A stretch of 64,000 nucleotides of DNA from Mobula hypostoma (taxonomy: Eukaryota): contig NC_086108.1 of NCBI RefSeq assembly GCF_963921235.1, positions 57,910,001-57,974,000 on the forward strand, in the 5' to 3' direction. A program made the translations under genes and the position numbers. Below the pieces are notes generated by a model. It made no database searches. It was not told where the DNA came from and was given only the letters and a program-made list of their open reading frames with translations. Shown here piece after piece: positions 36,625 to 50,024 of this stretch (positions are counted from its first letter, which is position 1; every line of letters starts with the position of its first letter).

Positions 36625-38475
36625 GTAAGAATAAAACGTATATTTTGACATAGTATTTTACTTTTAATATGTTTCAACTGTAACTGGATGCTTGTCCAGT
36701 GAAATTACATTTATTGCTAAACTGTTTCCTTTTCTGTAGCTCATGATACTGTGCAGGTCAACAATTGATTATTATTATGTCACCAATGTAGTCACCCCTT
36801 TGGTGTTAGCTTATCAACAATCTATCCCGAGTGATTTTCAGAACTGTGGTGATCTAGTTTTCGCAGTTTGTAACTGTAAGGGATTGAAATTATGTGTTTT
36901 TTTAAAGACACAACACACTGAGTAAAATATTTGGGAGCCAGATTTAGTTGAGTTGAGCTAACCTGGCAGAGTCCAAAGTTTCAATCTGGGAATTCATTGG
37001 TATTTGAAGTGAAGAATTGATCTGTCCATTAAATTGACTGGGATAAAGTTGTGTTTTGGATACCCCTAGAAAATTTAAAAGAAATGTAGAAAGTGCAGAA
37101 CCTCATATACTTCCCATGAATATATTCCTTCATGGATGAGTTTTTAGAGGCTCAGTTTGGAAAGGAAAAAGGTAAATACTGTGGAAGTGCCATAGTTTCC
37201 CATCTTGCGGAATTGCTCCATTTGTTTTTTGTAATATTTATCTCTTCTCCGGTAACCCGTGCCTAACACACCATCCACCTACTCTGAAGTTATTTCCCAT
37301 CTTCAAGCACATGATTTGAAAATGTATGTCAGGAAATTCATCTCTGTTTAGTAGTGCAGAAACCTTCTTGGGCAGACTACAGCGCAATGTTGCTAATATG
37401 CACTACATTAGTGTTACAGATGGGATAAATTTCGAGGTATAATAGCTAACAGAAAACAAAAGATTGGCAGTCCACTTTTTGGGGATGCAAGGAATGTGTT
37501 GAAGGATGATTACATTTGCATGATAGTGCAGTTTTATACAATTTTCATCTTCTTATTACAAAGTTGTGAACTAGCAGATCAAGATTTGCCAAATAGCTTT
37601 ATGGTAGTAAATGCTCCTTGAGTGCAAAATGATAGTAAAGTGATCCTGTTCTCAAAGGCATTATACCACTTAATTTTTTGAAAAAAGGTACATCATTGTA
37701 ATTGGAAAACACTACAATATTCTGATTTGCCTGTAACACAAGCAGTAATTTTAAAGCCTTCATTTCCAAAGACTATTATTCTTAGTTTATAGCCTTAAGG
37801 GCCTAAAAATAAAATCATGCTGTGTATTTTCCGGGCATAGGATAATCATCTGAAGGTCTGATTGGCAGATAGTGAGCCTCCATGCTTTCTATATTGGAAG
37901 TGAATGCTTTCATGAAGATAGTTGAGGGGTGGAGAGTAGGTATTTTACCAAATGTGAATAGGTGAACTTCTCCGCTGGTACAGATTAAAGAAGAGTGTAA
38001 ACTACTATATTTATGGTTGTATTGATCCATATTTTAGGACTTTTCTAGTTTTTCCAGCCAGCATTAATGTTCAGGCAGCAATGGAACATTCATGCTAAGA
38101 ACAAATTCTTCTAAGATTTAAGAATGCCTATAAATATTGCTCTATTGGCTCTGTAAGTAAACCCACTATTCCATATGACTAACTACAATTGCAATGGGAA
38201 TGTATATATTCATGACTCGCCTTGTGAAAATCAGCCAGACTTTTTTAATCAGCATGTACACAATCTCAAAACTCTGTTACCTTAATCACTATGAAATAAT
38301 AGGATCAATCCCAATACCCTTTTGCATAATGCTCCTTTATTAGCAGAATAATGTATTGGAGCCCTCAATGAAAAATACTGGAAATTTTGAAATAGGAAAT
38401 GTTGGAGGGACTTAGCAGCACACAAACAATGCTGGAGAAACTCAGCAGGTCAGGCAACTTCTGTGGGAAAGAGCA

Positions 38476-38513
38476 CAGTCGACGTTTTGGGCTGAGACCC
38501 TTCAGCAGAACTG
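38476..38513 (-). ncRNA. Minimal hammerhead ribozyme motif (degenerate)
   Basis: CAGTT CTGcTGA AGGG TCTCAG CCC aAAAC GTC GACTG; stems intact, two core substitutions. Confidence 0.6.
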
Positions 38514-40090
38514 GAGAAAAAAAGATGAATAGATTTAATAGATGGGGAGGGGAGGGAGAAACACAAGGTGTTAGGTGAAACTGGGAAGGGGAGGGATGAA
38601 GTAAAGAGCTGGGAAGTTTATTGGTGAAAGAGATACAGGGCTGGAGAAGGGGAGTCTGATAGGAGAGGACAGAAGGCCATGGAAAAAAGAAAAGGAGAGA
38701 GGAGCACTAGAGGGAGGTGATGAGCAGGCAAGGAGATAAGGTGAGAGAAGGAAAAGGGGATGGGGAAAGGTGGAGGGGTGGGGGAAGGCTACATTACTGA
38801 TTGCTCGAGAAATCAATGTTCATGCCAGCAGGTTGGAGGCTACCCAGACGGAATATATGGTGTTGCTTCTCTAGCCTGAGTGTGGCCTCATTGTATCAGT
38901 AGATGAGGCCATGGACTGACATGTCAGAATGGGAATGGGAAATGGAATTAAAATGGGTGGCCAGTGGGAGGTCATTCAGGGCCCCAAACAGTCCTTCCAG
39001 GTGAGGTGACACTTCACCTGTGAGACGTTTGTGATCATATACTGCGTCCAGTGATCCCAGTGTGGCCTCCTGTACATCAGTGAGACCCGACATAGACTGG
39101 GAGAAAGGAGCTTCCTTTCCTCCACCATCAATGCTGCCCTCAACCGCATCTCTTCTATTCCACACACATCTGCCCTCATCCCATCCTCCTGTCACCCCAC
39201 CAGGGATAGGGTTCCCCTTGTCCTCACCTACCACCCCACCAGCCCCTGCATCCAGCACACAACTCTGCATAACTTCCGCCATCTCCAGCGGGATCCCATC
39301 ACCAAGCACATCTTTCCCTTCCCTCCACTTCTTGCTTTCCATAGGGATCGCTCCCTACGTGACTTCCTTGTCCATTCGTCCTTCCTGACACTTATCCTTG
39401 CAAGCGGAACAAGTGCTACGCCACCTCCCACACTACCATTCAGGGCCCCAAACAGTCCCTTCACTTGAGGCAACACCTCACCCGCGAGTCTGTTGGGGTC
39501 ATCTAATGTACCTGGTGCTTCCAGTGTGGCCTCCTTTATGTCGGTGAGACCTGACACAGATTGAGAGATTGCTTCACCGTGCACCTACGGTACATCTGCC
39601 AGAAAAGGCGTAATTTCCCAGTGCCCACCCAATTTAATTCTACTTCCCATTCCCATTCCAACATGTCAGTCCATGGCCTTCTCTGCTTTCGTAATAAGGC
39701 CACACTCAGGTTGGAGGAGCACCGCAGTATATCCCATCTGGGTGGCCACCAACCTGATGCATGAATATCGATTTCTCAAACTTCTGGTAATGTACCCCTT
39801 CTTTCCTTCACCATGCCCCATTCCCATTTCCCTCTCTCATCTTATCTCCTTACCTGCCCATCATCTCCCTCTGGTGCACCTCCCCTTTTCCTTTCTTCCA
39901 TGGGCTTCTGTCCTCTCCTATCAAACTCCCCCTTCTCCAGCCCTGCATCTCTTTCACTAATCAACTTCACAGCTCTTTACTTCACCCCTTCACCGCCCCC
40001 CCACTGCCTTCCAGGTTTCACTTCTCACCTTATCTTTCTTCTTCCCCTCCCCTCCCCACTTTCTTACTCTGTCTTCATAACTTTTTTTCC

Positions 40091-40128
40091 CAGACCTGAT
40101 GAAGAGCCTCACCCCGAAACGTCCACTG
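40091..40128 (+). ncRNA. Minimal hammerhead ribozyme motif (core intact, stems eroded)
   Basis: CAGAC CTGATGA AGAG CCTCAC CCC GAAAC GTC CACTG. Confidence 0.65.
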
Positions 40129-40639
40129 TACTCTTTTCCATAGATCCTGTCTGGCCTGCTGAGGTCCTCCAGCATTTTATGTGTATTGCTTGGATTTCGA
40201 GCATCTGCAGATTTTCTCTTGTTTTTAAAAAGGTATCTTCCTCAAGCAATTCTTTTGGCAGTTCATTCTACATAGATACCATGCACCATATGTGTAAATA
40301 AAATTCTTTCCTTCAGTTTGCTATTAAATCTTTTCCCCTGTAACAATTGCTATCTGATCCTGTGTGAACAGCAGTTCAAAACAGCATTTATTGCCTTCTA
40401 TGGGCAACCAGCAACAGCAGACTGTATTCTTCCACAATCTTTAACCTCTTGGCCCAACCAATCCTTTACCTGATTCTTTGCATCATGCCTGCATAACAAC
40501 TCTAGTTCAGTGAGCGGTGTATGAAAAATACACCAAGCCAGTGACAGTGAAAACAATCAAAGAAACAACACACAGCTCTGCAGTTCTGCCCCACTAATCA
40601 ATTATAAACTTTACAATTAAATCAATGGCCATCAGAGGG

Positions 40640-41310
40640 CCAGCATCCTAAGCCCCAGGAGACTGCTTCACAAGTGCCTCCAGACAATTACATAGGTCCA
40701 ATTGGCATGAACTGCTCCAACAATAAACTTCTCTCTATCATTGGGTCAGAAAAGGGGATGGCTGCTTAATTTTAGTTCTTTCTAACTCCCCGGTCTGCCC
40801 ACCATCTATAAAGCTCAATTCAGGAGTGCAAGGGAATACTCTCCACTTGCTTGGATGTGGAGCTTCAACAATACTGAAGGATTTTGAAGCTTAGATAGAC
40901 ACTTATCCACAACCATTACTGCACTCCATCACTGACACACGCTGGTCGCAGCAACTCACAAAGACTTCTCAGGCTGCATCTTCCAAACCTATGACCTCTA
41001 TCAGAGACCCTAAAAGCCCCTCCCTGCACAGTTCAAGAAGGCAGCTCACCAACTCCACCGCCTCGGGTAATTAAGGTAGGCAGGTGACTGTTACAAAGCG
41101 TAGTGCATAACTTAAACACCAAAACCTTGGAGACTAAAAAAAGTAAAGATATCCTGTGGAAACATACGCATTACTGGTCAACAGCACATTGTCCAGACAC
41201 ATTCACTGCAAGGACACAGAACCTCAAGAAGGCAGCTTGCACCTTCTATTCAAAGTTAGTTAGGAATGGTAAATAAATATCAGCTGTGTCGGTGGTGTCC
41301 CTGTCCTATA
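40640..41310 (+). mobile_element. Ancient LINE 3' remnant with a duplicated tail motif
   Basis: accatctataaagctcaattcaggag...gaatactctccacttgc, and tcaagaaggcagct twice (~41033, ~41225). Confidence 0.4.
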
Positions 41311-41670
41311 GAGAATTCCAAAAACTCAGCATAGTTTTAGCAATAGTACATGTGTTGGTCACCTTGGGCCACCCATAACGAATGGGCACTTCACAAAGTA
41401 CAGAGAATGTCAGGGGAGGAGGAACACACAGAGGTAAATTTTTTAAAAATTACCTCAAATGTGGCTCAGTTACTCTACCTTTTTGAATTATCTTTTTGAT
41501 AATAGGACTAACAACAAGACTAATTTAAATGCATACATGATGGTTTTTGGAAAATATATTTTGGAGAAAGCAAAGTGATGGGTATTGTAATATTTCTGTC
41601 TTGTGAATATTGTGTCTTTTTATTAACATTTCTTTCAGTTCAGAATATAATTATTTTTATTTTCCTGCAG

Positions 41671-41749
41671 GTATTCAAGATTTTCCAGAAAATATTAAAT
41701 GCTGTAAATACTTATCAGTCATCGAAGCCAGTGTTAATCCCATTTCCAA
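41671..41749 (+). CDS. LRRC7: LRRC7 coding exon (79 bp)
   Basis: tttcctgcAG|GT ATT...TCC AA|gtgagt; (G)[25 protein letters not shown](K); phases 1 and 2 fit the neighbouring exons. Confidence 0.95.
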
Positions 41750-42359
41750 GTGAGTTAGGAGGTCTGCCTACTTGGAATGAAGCAAAAGGACGTGCAATTT
41801 TTTCATGAATATGGAAATGTGCTGCATTCTGTATTTTTTTAAACATTTTATCTACACTATAATGTTCAGTCAAATGCTGGACAAGTGTTCTGAATTAGAG
41901 GCCATAACTGCACAGATTGGGGAACTGAATGAATGCTAGAGTATAGACAAAGATGTGTACTTGGAAGGATATGACTGGGTCCTTGTTAGATTCTCAACTA
42001 TACAGAGAGTCACTTATCTGAGTTAAATGATGCCACAAAGTTAGCTGCAATATGGCCTAAAATTTTAAGAAACTGGCAGGAAAATTCTCCATAGCTCCTC
42101 AGTCCTGCTTCCATATTCAGTAACATCTTGACTGATTCTTTTGGGTTTACACCTGGCCTATCAGGAAGCAATATCCTTTCATTCTGAGTTCTCCAGCCAA
42201 AGGAAGCAGCTTGTCAGCATTTATCCTGCCTCAACTCATCGGCCATTCTGCAAACCTCTTAGATAAAGGGTCACATTAGTTAATCTTCCTTTATCAGACT
42301 CCGTCCCTGACTATGTTTCAAGCAGATGATGGGAATCATGAGGAGTTCAGTATTATAGC

Positions 42360-42815
42360 TGTAGGAGTTGAGAGGGTAGTAAAGAAAGTGCATGGCGTGC
42401 TTGCCTTTATTACTCGAACGACTGAGTTTGACTCAATTCTGTTGCAACTTCATCAAACTTTGGTTAGGCTGCATCTGGAGTATTGCGTTGAATTCTGGTC
42501 ACCCCATACAGAAAGCATGTTGAGGCTTTGGAGAGGGTGCAGGGAGGTTTACTAGGATGCTGCCTAAATCAGAGAGCATGTGCTATGAAGAGAAGTTAAA
42601 TGAGCTTGCATGGTTTCTCCAGAGCAGCTGAGTCTGAGGGGGGACTTGATAGAAGATTATGATTGAAACATAGAAACATAGAAAATAGGTGCAGGAGCAG
42701 GCCATTCGGCCCTTCGAGCCTGCACCACCATTCAGTATGATCATGGCTGATCATCCAACTCAGAACGCTAAGTTTGGCATAGATACAGTAGACAACCAGA
42801 ATCTTTTTCCCAGGA
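42360..42815 (+). mobile_element. CR1 3' fragment with a younger reverse CR1 tail inserted at ~42666-42765
   Basis: LVRLHLEYCVEFWSPH (ORF 42313-42555); the insert begins gaaacatagaaacatagaaaatagg. Confidence 0.65.
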
Positions 42816-43506
42816 ATGTCGAACCACATTTTTGTTTGCTGTGTAATCTAATTTTCCATGAAAAATTAACATAATTGAAAAGTAGAGGCATCCTGTAAAT
42901 TGCAAGAATTTGTGCATTAGTGGACAAATGCAGTACACTGGTTTCATGTTCTCAGCGGTGTATGTTTTGCCATACAAGCTGCAGATCACTTAGGCAGGTG
43001 CTGGCCTTCACATTATCCCTCAAAATCGATTCAGCATTACTTCTCCTACCACATGAGCCACTACTCAGCCTCACTAGCACACCAATCCTGAATTTATTTT
43101 TCTTTACATGCTCAACAGTGGTGGAACATAAATCCAAAACCTTGAATGTTCAAGGACTCCTTGTGTAGTAAATTTCTTGGTGGTAGACTAATGAACAAAC
43201 TTTCTGATTGAACACATTTGGAGACTTCACTCAATATCAAGGCAAACAGCTTTTCTTTCCATGCAAATTGTGTAATGTCTGTAAGATTGATTCAAGCATC
43301 AAAAATGCTCTTAAACCAGTATTAAAAATTCACCTGTAAATCTCTAGCTATTATTTAAAAGGTAAATCTACACAGTACGTAACCTAATTGACCATGCATT
43401 CACACTCAGTTGGAAATACTCCTTAGAGAGATAAAGGAATTAAAGGTAGAGTATTTTGCTTGTTTCCCAAGCAGGGATCTCCGTGGGTAGAGCACTTCTC
43501 TGTGAG

Positions 43507-44512
43507 CAACACACACAAAGCGCTAGAGGAACTCAGCAGGTCAGGCAGCATCTATGGAAGTGAATAAGCAATCAATGCTTCAGGCTGAGACCCTTCATCA
43601 GGATTGGAAAGGAAGGGGAAAGATGCCAGAATAAAAAGTGAGGGGTAAGAAGGACAGGATACAAGGTGATAGGTGAAGGCAGGTGGGGAGCTGGAGAAGG
43701 AAGAATCTAATAGGAGAGGAGAGTGGACTGTGGGAGAAAGGGAAGATGAAGGGGCACCAGGGAGAGATGATAGGCAGGTGGGGAAAAGAGGGAAGAGGCC
43801 AGAGTGGGAAATAGAAGAAGAGGGAAGGGGAGGAGAACATTTTAATAAAATTACCAGAAGAAGAAATCGATGTTCATGCCATCAGGTTGGAGGCTACCTA
43901 GACAGAATATGAGGTGTTGCTCCTCCATCCTGAGAGTGGCCTCTGTGGCAGAAGAGGGCATGGACCAAGATGTCAGAACAGGAATGGGGATAGAAATGAA
44001 AACAAGGTGGCCACCAGGAAATTCCACTTGTTGCAGATGGAGTGGAGGTACTCAAAAAAGCATGCCCCCAATTTAATTAAGGTCTCACTAATAAAAGTGA
44101 GACCGCATCAGGAGCACTAGATACAATGGGCAGCCCCACCAGGTTAGCAGGTGAAGGGATGCCTCAGCTGGAAGGAATGTTTGGGGCCCTGAATGGAGGT
44201 GAGGGAGGAGGCAAGTCAGCAGTTGAGCATTTCTGTCACTTGCAAAGATACATGCCAGGAGTGAGATTAGTTGGAAGGCATAAATAAACAAGGGAGTGAT
44301 CCCTATTGAAGTATAGAGTGGGGGGTGGAGGGGAAGGTAAAGATGTCTTTAGGAGCAGGAGCATGTTGAAGATGGCAGAAGTTGTGGAGAATGATATGAA
44401 GGCTCATGGGGTGGTATGTGAGGACAAGAGAATAGCCCTTTTAAGATGCAGCAAGTGGAGGAGGTGCAGGTGAGGACAGCATCAATGGTGGAGGAAGGGA
44501 AACCCTGTTCTT
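43507..44512 (-). mobile_element. Penelope-like element fragment
   Basis: Reverse-complement similarity to 39110-40190, including the GIY-YIG region and 3' end. Confidence 0.7.
43569..43606 (-). ncRNA. Minimal hammerhead ribozyme motif (degenerate)
   Basis: CAATC CTGATGA AGGG TCTCAG CCT GAAgC aTt GATTG; perfect stem I. Confidence 0.6.
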
Positions 44513-44973
44513 CTCTGTCATGCTAATTCCTAGATGTAGGCTTGTTGTTTTAATTTGTGGCTGAACAATTAATCAGAAATAATTGGATCCAACAGTTTCA
44601 TCTTGTTCAAATTAATTGCAAATTGCAATATATTTGGTTTCTTCATACTATAGGACCTGAGGAGAATATAATCAGTATAGGACAGAAAAATAGGAGAGAC
44701 TTAACTACACCAATCAGAAACTTTAAGGATCAAAGTAACTCCCCTATAGTTGAAGTTGAAGCTTGTAGCTTAATCTGCAACAATTTATTAAGTGAAGGTT
44801 GTTTCTGACTGCGTAATATAATTTTCTAAATAGAAAAAATACAACACAACCAGTGTTAAATTTTGTAAAGGCTGTTAAGAGTTAAGAACACTGCATTTAT
44901 GTCTCACTGATTATTTTAAATAGTTTTTCCATAAATTAAAAATATTAATCACAATTTTTCCCAATTATTTCAG

Positions 44974-45063
44974 ACTTCCAGATGGATTCACCCAACTGTT
45001 GAATTTAATGCAGCTCTACTTAAATGATGCATTTCTGGAATTTCTTCCAGCTAATTTTGGAAG
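44974..45063 (+). CDS. LRRC7: LRRC7 coding exon (90 bp)
   Basis: ttatttcAG|A CTT...GGA AG|gtaata; (K)[29 protein letters not shown](R). Confidence 0.95.
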
Positions 45064-46384
45064 GTAATAAATTGCTTTCTTTTGTAAAATATATAAATAT
45101 ACATTCAGTGCCTATTATATTACAAGAATTATAATTACTCTTTAGTGCATATTCTGATAGTTAAACTATTGGACTCATGCACAGATCCCAACGTGCATCT
45201 AGTGGTCACCACCAACATTATTTTTACACTTAACATAATCATTGTGTCATGCAGCCTGGGTACATGCACTTCTTTCTTCCATGTCCATGCTGACCTTCAA
45301 GTATATGTTTATATGAATCCCATTTACCAGTACCTGGCCTATAACCTTCTATGCCGTGACATTGAATTTACTGTCCAGATGCTTCAATTTTGTAAGGATA
45401 TCTGCCTCCAGCATTTTGTTAGACAGTGTAGTCCAGATTGCAATCAAATTCTGAGTTTAAAAATTTCCTCCTTGGGTCCCTTGTGAGCTTATTTCTCCTT
45501 GCTTTAAAAGTATGCTTTCTGATCTCAGACATATCTACCATGTAGGTAAAGGGGATATTTTTGTAATTAATCAAATGTTAATGCACTGCCGTGGAGTTGC
45601 CATGGTGACCTTTCAGTGGGCAGCAACCAAGTGGCAGGATCTGCCTACAAACTATCCTGATAGGTTTCTGACAGTTCATATTATGAGTGATCTTTTCAGT
45701 TTCCATAAAATGGTCTGAATAATTTCAAAACAGTTCAAAATTAACATGAATATTTTTTTTAATGATAAAATAAAATAAAAATTAATGCATTTATTTAGAA
45801 ATGTGAAATTATTGGTAAATACTTGGAAACATCAATATGGATTGAAATAGTGAACAAGCAAAAATATCTTAAAATTAAATAACAATTCCATTCAAATGAA
45901 TAAGCTATTTTGTGTGCATCAGCTTTGACTGGCAAGAAGCTAAGGGCTCATATGTGGAATATAAGCAATCCTTTGGCTTGGCAACTTAACAGTAAGTCCT
46001 AGAATACAGTAAGACACCAGATACACTTGCATCTGAACTTCAGCATGTTTCCAACATTGATATTGCAGTTTCACATTGATGTGCTGACTAGCTTTCTGTT
46101 ATTTTGCAAGTCTATATACCCATAAAAATAATGTCCCTTAAGTTCAGACAAAGGTGAGTTCAGACACACTCCTAGATGCATCCTGGGTCGATCAGTTTTG
46201 TTCTGTTTTCATCTTCAGTAGCCAGTGCTTCTGTTCACACATCATCTAGAGCCTTCAAGGAATGTGAACTTTACAGACCACCCATAATTTCCCTTGTGGA
46301 GGTCGTGGTCACATCTCTTCTTGAACTGCTATAGATCCTGTGGTGTGAGCATACCCACCACGTTGTTAGGGAAAGAGTTCCAGG

Positions 46385-47270
46385 TTCTGGTTGGCTGCTG
46401 CTGACTAGTATTGGAACCACTTCTCTTCACATTATATGTCAGTGATTTGGATGACAGAATTGATGGCTCTGCAGCTAGTTTGCAGAAAATACAAAGATAG
46501 GTGGAGGGGCAGGTAGAGTGGGGGAAGCAGGGAGTGTGCAAAAGGACTTAAAGAGATTAGGAGAATGAGAAAAGAAGTGGCAGATGGAATAGAGTGTAGG
46601 GAAGTGTGTGGTCATGCATTTTAGTAGAAGGAATAAAGGTGTAGACAATTTTTTATACAGGAAGAAAATTCAGAAATTTGAGGTGCAAAGTTAACTTGCA
46701 GGTTGAGCTGGTGGTAAGGAAAGTGGGTGCAATGCTGCCATTCACTTCAAGAGCTTAAGAATGTAAAAGGAAAGATGCAATGCTGAGGTTTTATAGAGCA
46801 TTCATCAGAGCAGTTTTGTGCCCTTTATCTGAAAAAGGATGTTCGGGCATTGGGGAGAGTCTGAAGGGAGTTCACAAGAATGATCCTAGAAAGGAGAGGC
46901 ATTTGTTGGGTCTGAGCCTGTACTCATTGGAGTTTAAAAGAATGAGGGAGGATCTCATATTGAAAGGCCTAGATAGAGTGGGGAGGATGTTTCCTATAGT
47001 GAGGGAGTTTCGGATCAGAGGACACAGCCTCAGAATACAGGTACAAACCTTTTGAACAGGGATGAAGATTAATTTCTTTAGCCAGAGGATGGTGAAACTG
47101 TGGAATTATTGCCACAGACAGACTTGGAGACAGTCATTGGGAATATTTATTGTGGAGGTTCATAGCCTCTTGATTGGCCCAGGGGTCAAAGGTTAAAGGG
47201 AGAAAGCAGGAGATTCGGATTGAGCGGAGTAATAAATCATTGGTCAAATGGCCTAATTCTGTAACTTTTG
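46385..47270 (+). mobile_element. 5'-truncated CR1 LINE
   Basis: Nucleotide similarity to the RT-3' part of other CR1 copies. Confidence 0.7.
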
Positions 47271-47439
47271 GACATATTGTGACCCATTCTGGTCTTATCA
47301 GTGATGACAAGATTACAAAAAAGGGCAAATAACAGAGGTGTAACCTACTGTCATAACATTCATAATTGAAGGGAGTAAATGTGAATTAACAACATTGATG
47401 TAAGTGACACAATATGTGGAACTCATTTCTTAAAGTATG

Positions 47440-47993
47440 CATTCAGTGGGCTCTTTATTAGGTGCACCTGTATACCTCGTTAATGCGAATATCTAATCAA
47501 CCAATCATGTGGCAGCTACTCAATGTCTAAAAGCATGCTGACGTAGTCAGGAAATTTAGTTGTTGTTCAGATCAAACATCAAAGTGGGGAGAAATGTGAT
47601 CTAAGTGTCTTTGACCATGGAAAGATTGTTGGTACTAGATAGGGTGGTTTAACTATCTTGGAAGATGCTGACCTCCTGGGATTTTCACGCACAACAGTCT
47701 CTGGAGTTTACAGAGAATGGTGTGAAAAACAAAAAAATATCCAGTCGGTGGCAATTCTGTTTGCTAAATTGCCTTGTTAATGAGAGAGGTCAGAGGAGAA
47801 TGACAAGGCTGGTTCAAGCTGACAGGAAGGCGACAATAAGTCAAACAACTCCTTGTTGCAAGAGTGGTGTGCAGAAGAGCACCTCTGAATGCCTAACATG
47901 CCAAACCTTGAAGCGGCAGCAGAAGATCATGAACATGCTCTTTGTGACCGCTTTATTTTATTAGGAGGTACCTAATAAAGTGGCCACTGAGTG
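47440..47993 (+). mobile_element. Non-autonomous Tc1 derivative
   Basis: TIRs cattcagtgggctctttattagg / cctaataaagtggccactgagtg; N-terminal transposase remnant (LVNERGQRRMTRLVQADRKAT). Confidence 0.8.
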
Positions 47994-48599
47994 TGTTTAC
48001 ACGCCTGTAATTGCTATAGAATATGCCAGTTAGGCGAATAAAACTGGTAAAACTTTGTGGAGAAGCATAATTCAGCCCTTAAAGAGGTGCAGGTTAACTA
48101 AGCAATTAGCATTGCTTTGTTAAGGGAAGATCATGTCTAATTGATTGAATTATTTGAGGAAATAACCAGAAGGATTTTGGAGGACATGACTGCAGATCTC
48201 TGAAGGCTGGAGGACATTGGAGAACCTGAGGATAATATATATTTTTTTTATCAGCCAAGGTATTGAAGACATGAACAGCGGTATCACATTAGACTAAAAC
48301 AGCAAGGCTACATCTGGGGCATCGTGGCCTGCTCTGGGCATTATTCTATAAGAAGCGTGTGATAGGAGTAGTGAGGATGCAAAGTATTTTAGCAGGCAAA
48401 TAAATTATAGTCTTGAGATTTTGACTTAGTTGGGATTATTTAATCTGTCACATGTAAAATGGGGGGAAGTTTAACCAAGCTGTGTAGAATTGTGATACAC
48501 CTCGGCATGATAGGAAGAGTGTATTTCCCTTGGTAAGGAAGTTGGTTAGTGGATGTAGACTTAAATCAGTGAGTAAAAGTATTAGATTATTCTTCCAGG

Positions 48600-48890
48600 T
48601 GCATCGGCAATTCACTTGCATTTCCTCCAATCTGTTGCATTAGAGTGCTCTCTTCCACATTGTAAAAGCCAGTTGCAGATTTGAAGAACTCTTCGCTGAA
48701 CACCTCTGTACAGACTTCAGGGTAAATATGAACATTCAGTTGCCTGTCACTTTAATTCTCCATCACCCTTGTACTCTGTATTCTGCCTTCAGTCTCCTAC
48801 ACCGTTCCAAAGTGAATTTCAGCACCAGAACCTTATCTTGAATATTAAAATCCTTGGGGCTCAGTATAGAATTCAATAATTTCAGATATT
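48600..48890 (+). mobile_element. Old Penelope-like fragment
   Basis: ttcacttgc...ttcgctgaacacct...cagttgcctgtcactttaattc parallels 39480-39650. Confidence 0.45.
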
Positions 48891-49089
48891 GTAACCAATA
48901 CCCAACATTTCCTGTTTTTATCAGAACTGGACAGTTGGGGTGCAAGGTTTTCACTTGCAGCCTTAATTTCTTTTCTCTGTGTTGAGAATTTTTATTATTT
49001 TCTCTTATTTCACATCTCTAGTAACTGTTGTGTTCTGCATTTCATAATTCCAGTATTGTTTGATTTTTCTCTCCCTCATGGCTTTATGT

Positions 49090-49990
49090 GTGGGAAATGG
49101 TGTCTCATGAATTTGACTAACTTTTTGCGAAGATGTGCTCAAGAGAATTAAAGAGGGCCAGGGCAGTACACAGTACCTATGTGGACTTTACCAACACTTT
49201 TGACAAGGTCCTTCATGAAGCACTGATCCAAAAGTTGAGATCACATGGATCCAAGATGAACTAGCCAATTGGATACAAAATTAGCATGATGGAAAGGTTC
49301 CAGAGGGTGGTAGAGGTGATTTTTCTTTCCAGTATGGACGCCTGGGACCAGTTGTGTTCTGCCGGATTCATTGTCGGTCCCTTGCTGTTTGTCAAATAGA
49401 TTAGTGATCTGAAAGAGAACGTGGGTAAATGATTAGCATGTCTGTAACACCAAAATTGCTGATGTGGTGAACAGCAAAGATTAAGGTTACAACTGGATCT
49501 AGGGCAGGGGTTCTTAACCTTGCATCCACGGACGCCTTACCAGTCTATGAAGAATGCAGCGGTGGCCGGAACTCACCCAGCACATCTTTAAGAAAAAAGC
49601 GGAAATAAACAATCTAATTAATTAGGTGCTGCCTGGCACGTAAATGTCGGTCCAGATCAGGTGGGTTAAACCAGGGCAGGATGTACACAGTGAGCCTGTG
49701 AACAGAGAGACTTAGGAAACAAGTACATAGCTCCATGAGAGTGGCAATGCTAGTGGTCAATGTGATGAAGAGGGCATATGGCATGATCATCTTCATTAGA
49801 AGAGTCACTAAGTACAAGAATTGGGACATTATGTTACAGCTGCACAAGACGTTGGCAAGACTACACTTAATATTTTGTGTACACTTCAGGTTTCCATACC
49901 GTAGGAAGGATGAGATGAAGCTACAGTGTGTGCAGAAAATATTAATAAAGATGACAAATTGACTTATTAGAAGAGGTTTATCAAATTTTT
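49090..49990 (+). mobile_element. Decayed CR1 RT fragment with a hAT-like remnant at ~49504-49660
   Basis: ORF 49735-49962 LHKTLARLHLIFCVHF; the insert starts caggggttcttaacc. Confidence 0.55.
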
Positions 49991-50024
49991 TTTGTGTGGT
50001 GGGGAGAGAGGCAGAGTTACAATC

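Larger units (their letters stand above)
38418..40222. mobile_element. Penelope-like element with inverted arrangement (3' part on - at ~38418-38975; GIY-YIG region and 3' end on + at ~38975-40222)
   Basis: GIY-YIG-like FTCE..VIYC..C.QCGLLYISET at ~39010 and again at ~39480; 38420-38970 is an inverted copy of ~39620-40190. Confidence 0.75.

Noticed and set aside
36740..36756. 17-nt microexon after tttctgtAG
   Set aside because: The donor (gtcaac) is weak and there is no supporting evidence.
41665..41676. AG|GT junction as a recursive splice site
   Set aside because: The GT is the remainder of a Gly codon and GTATTC is a poor donor.
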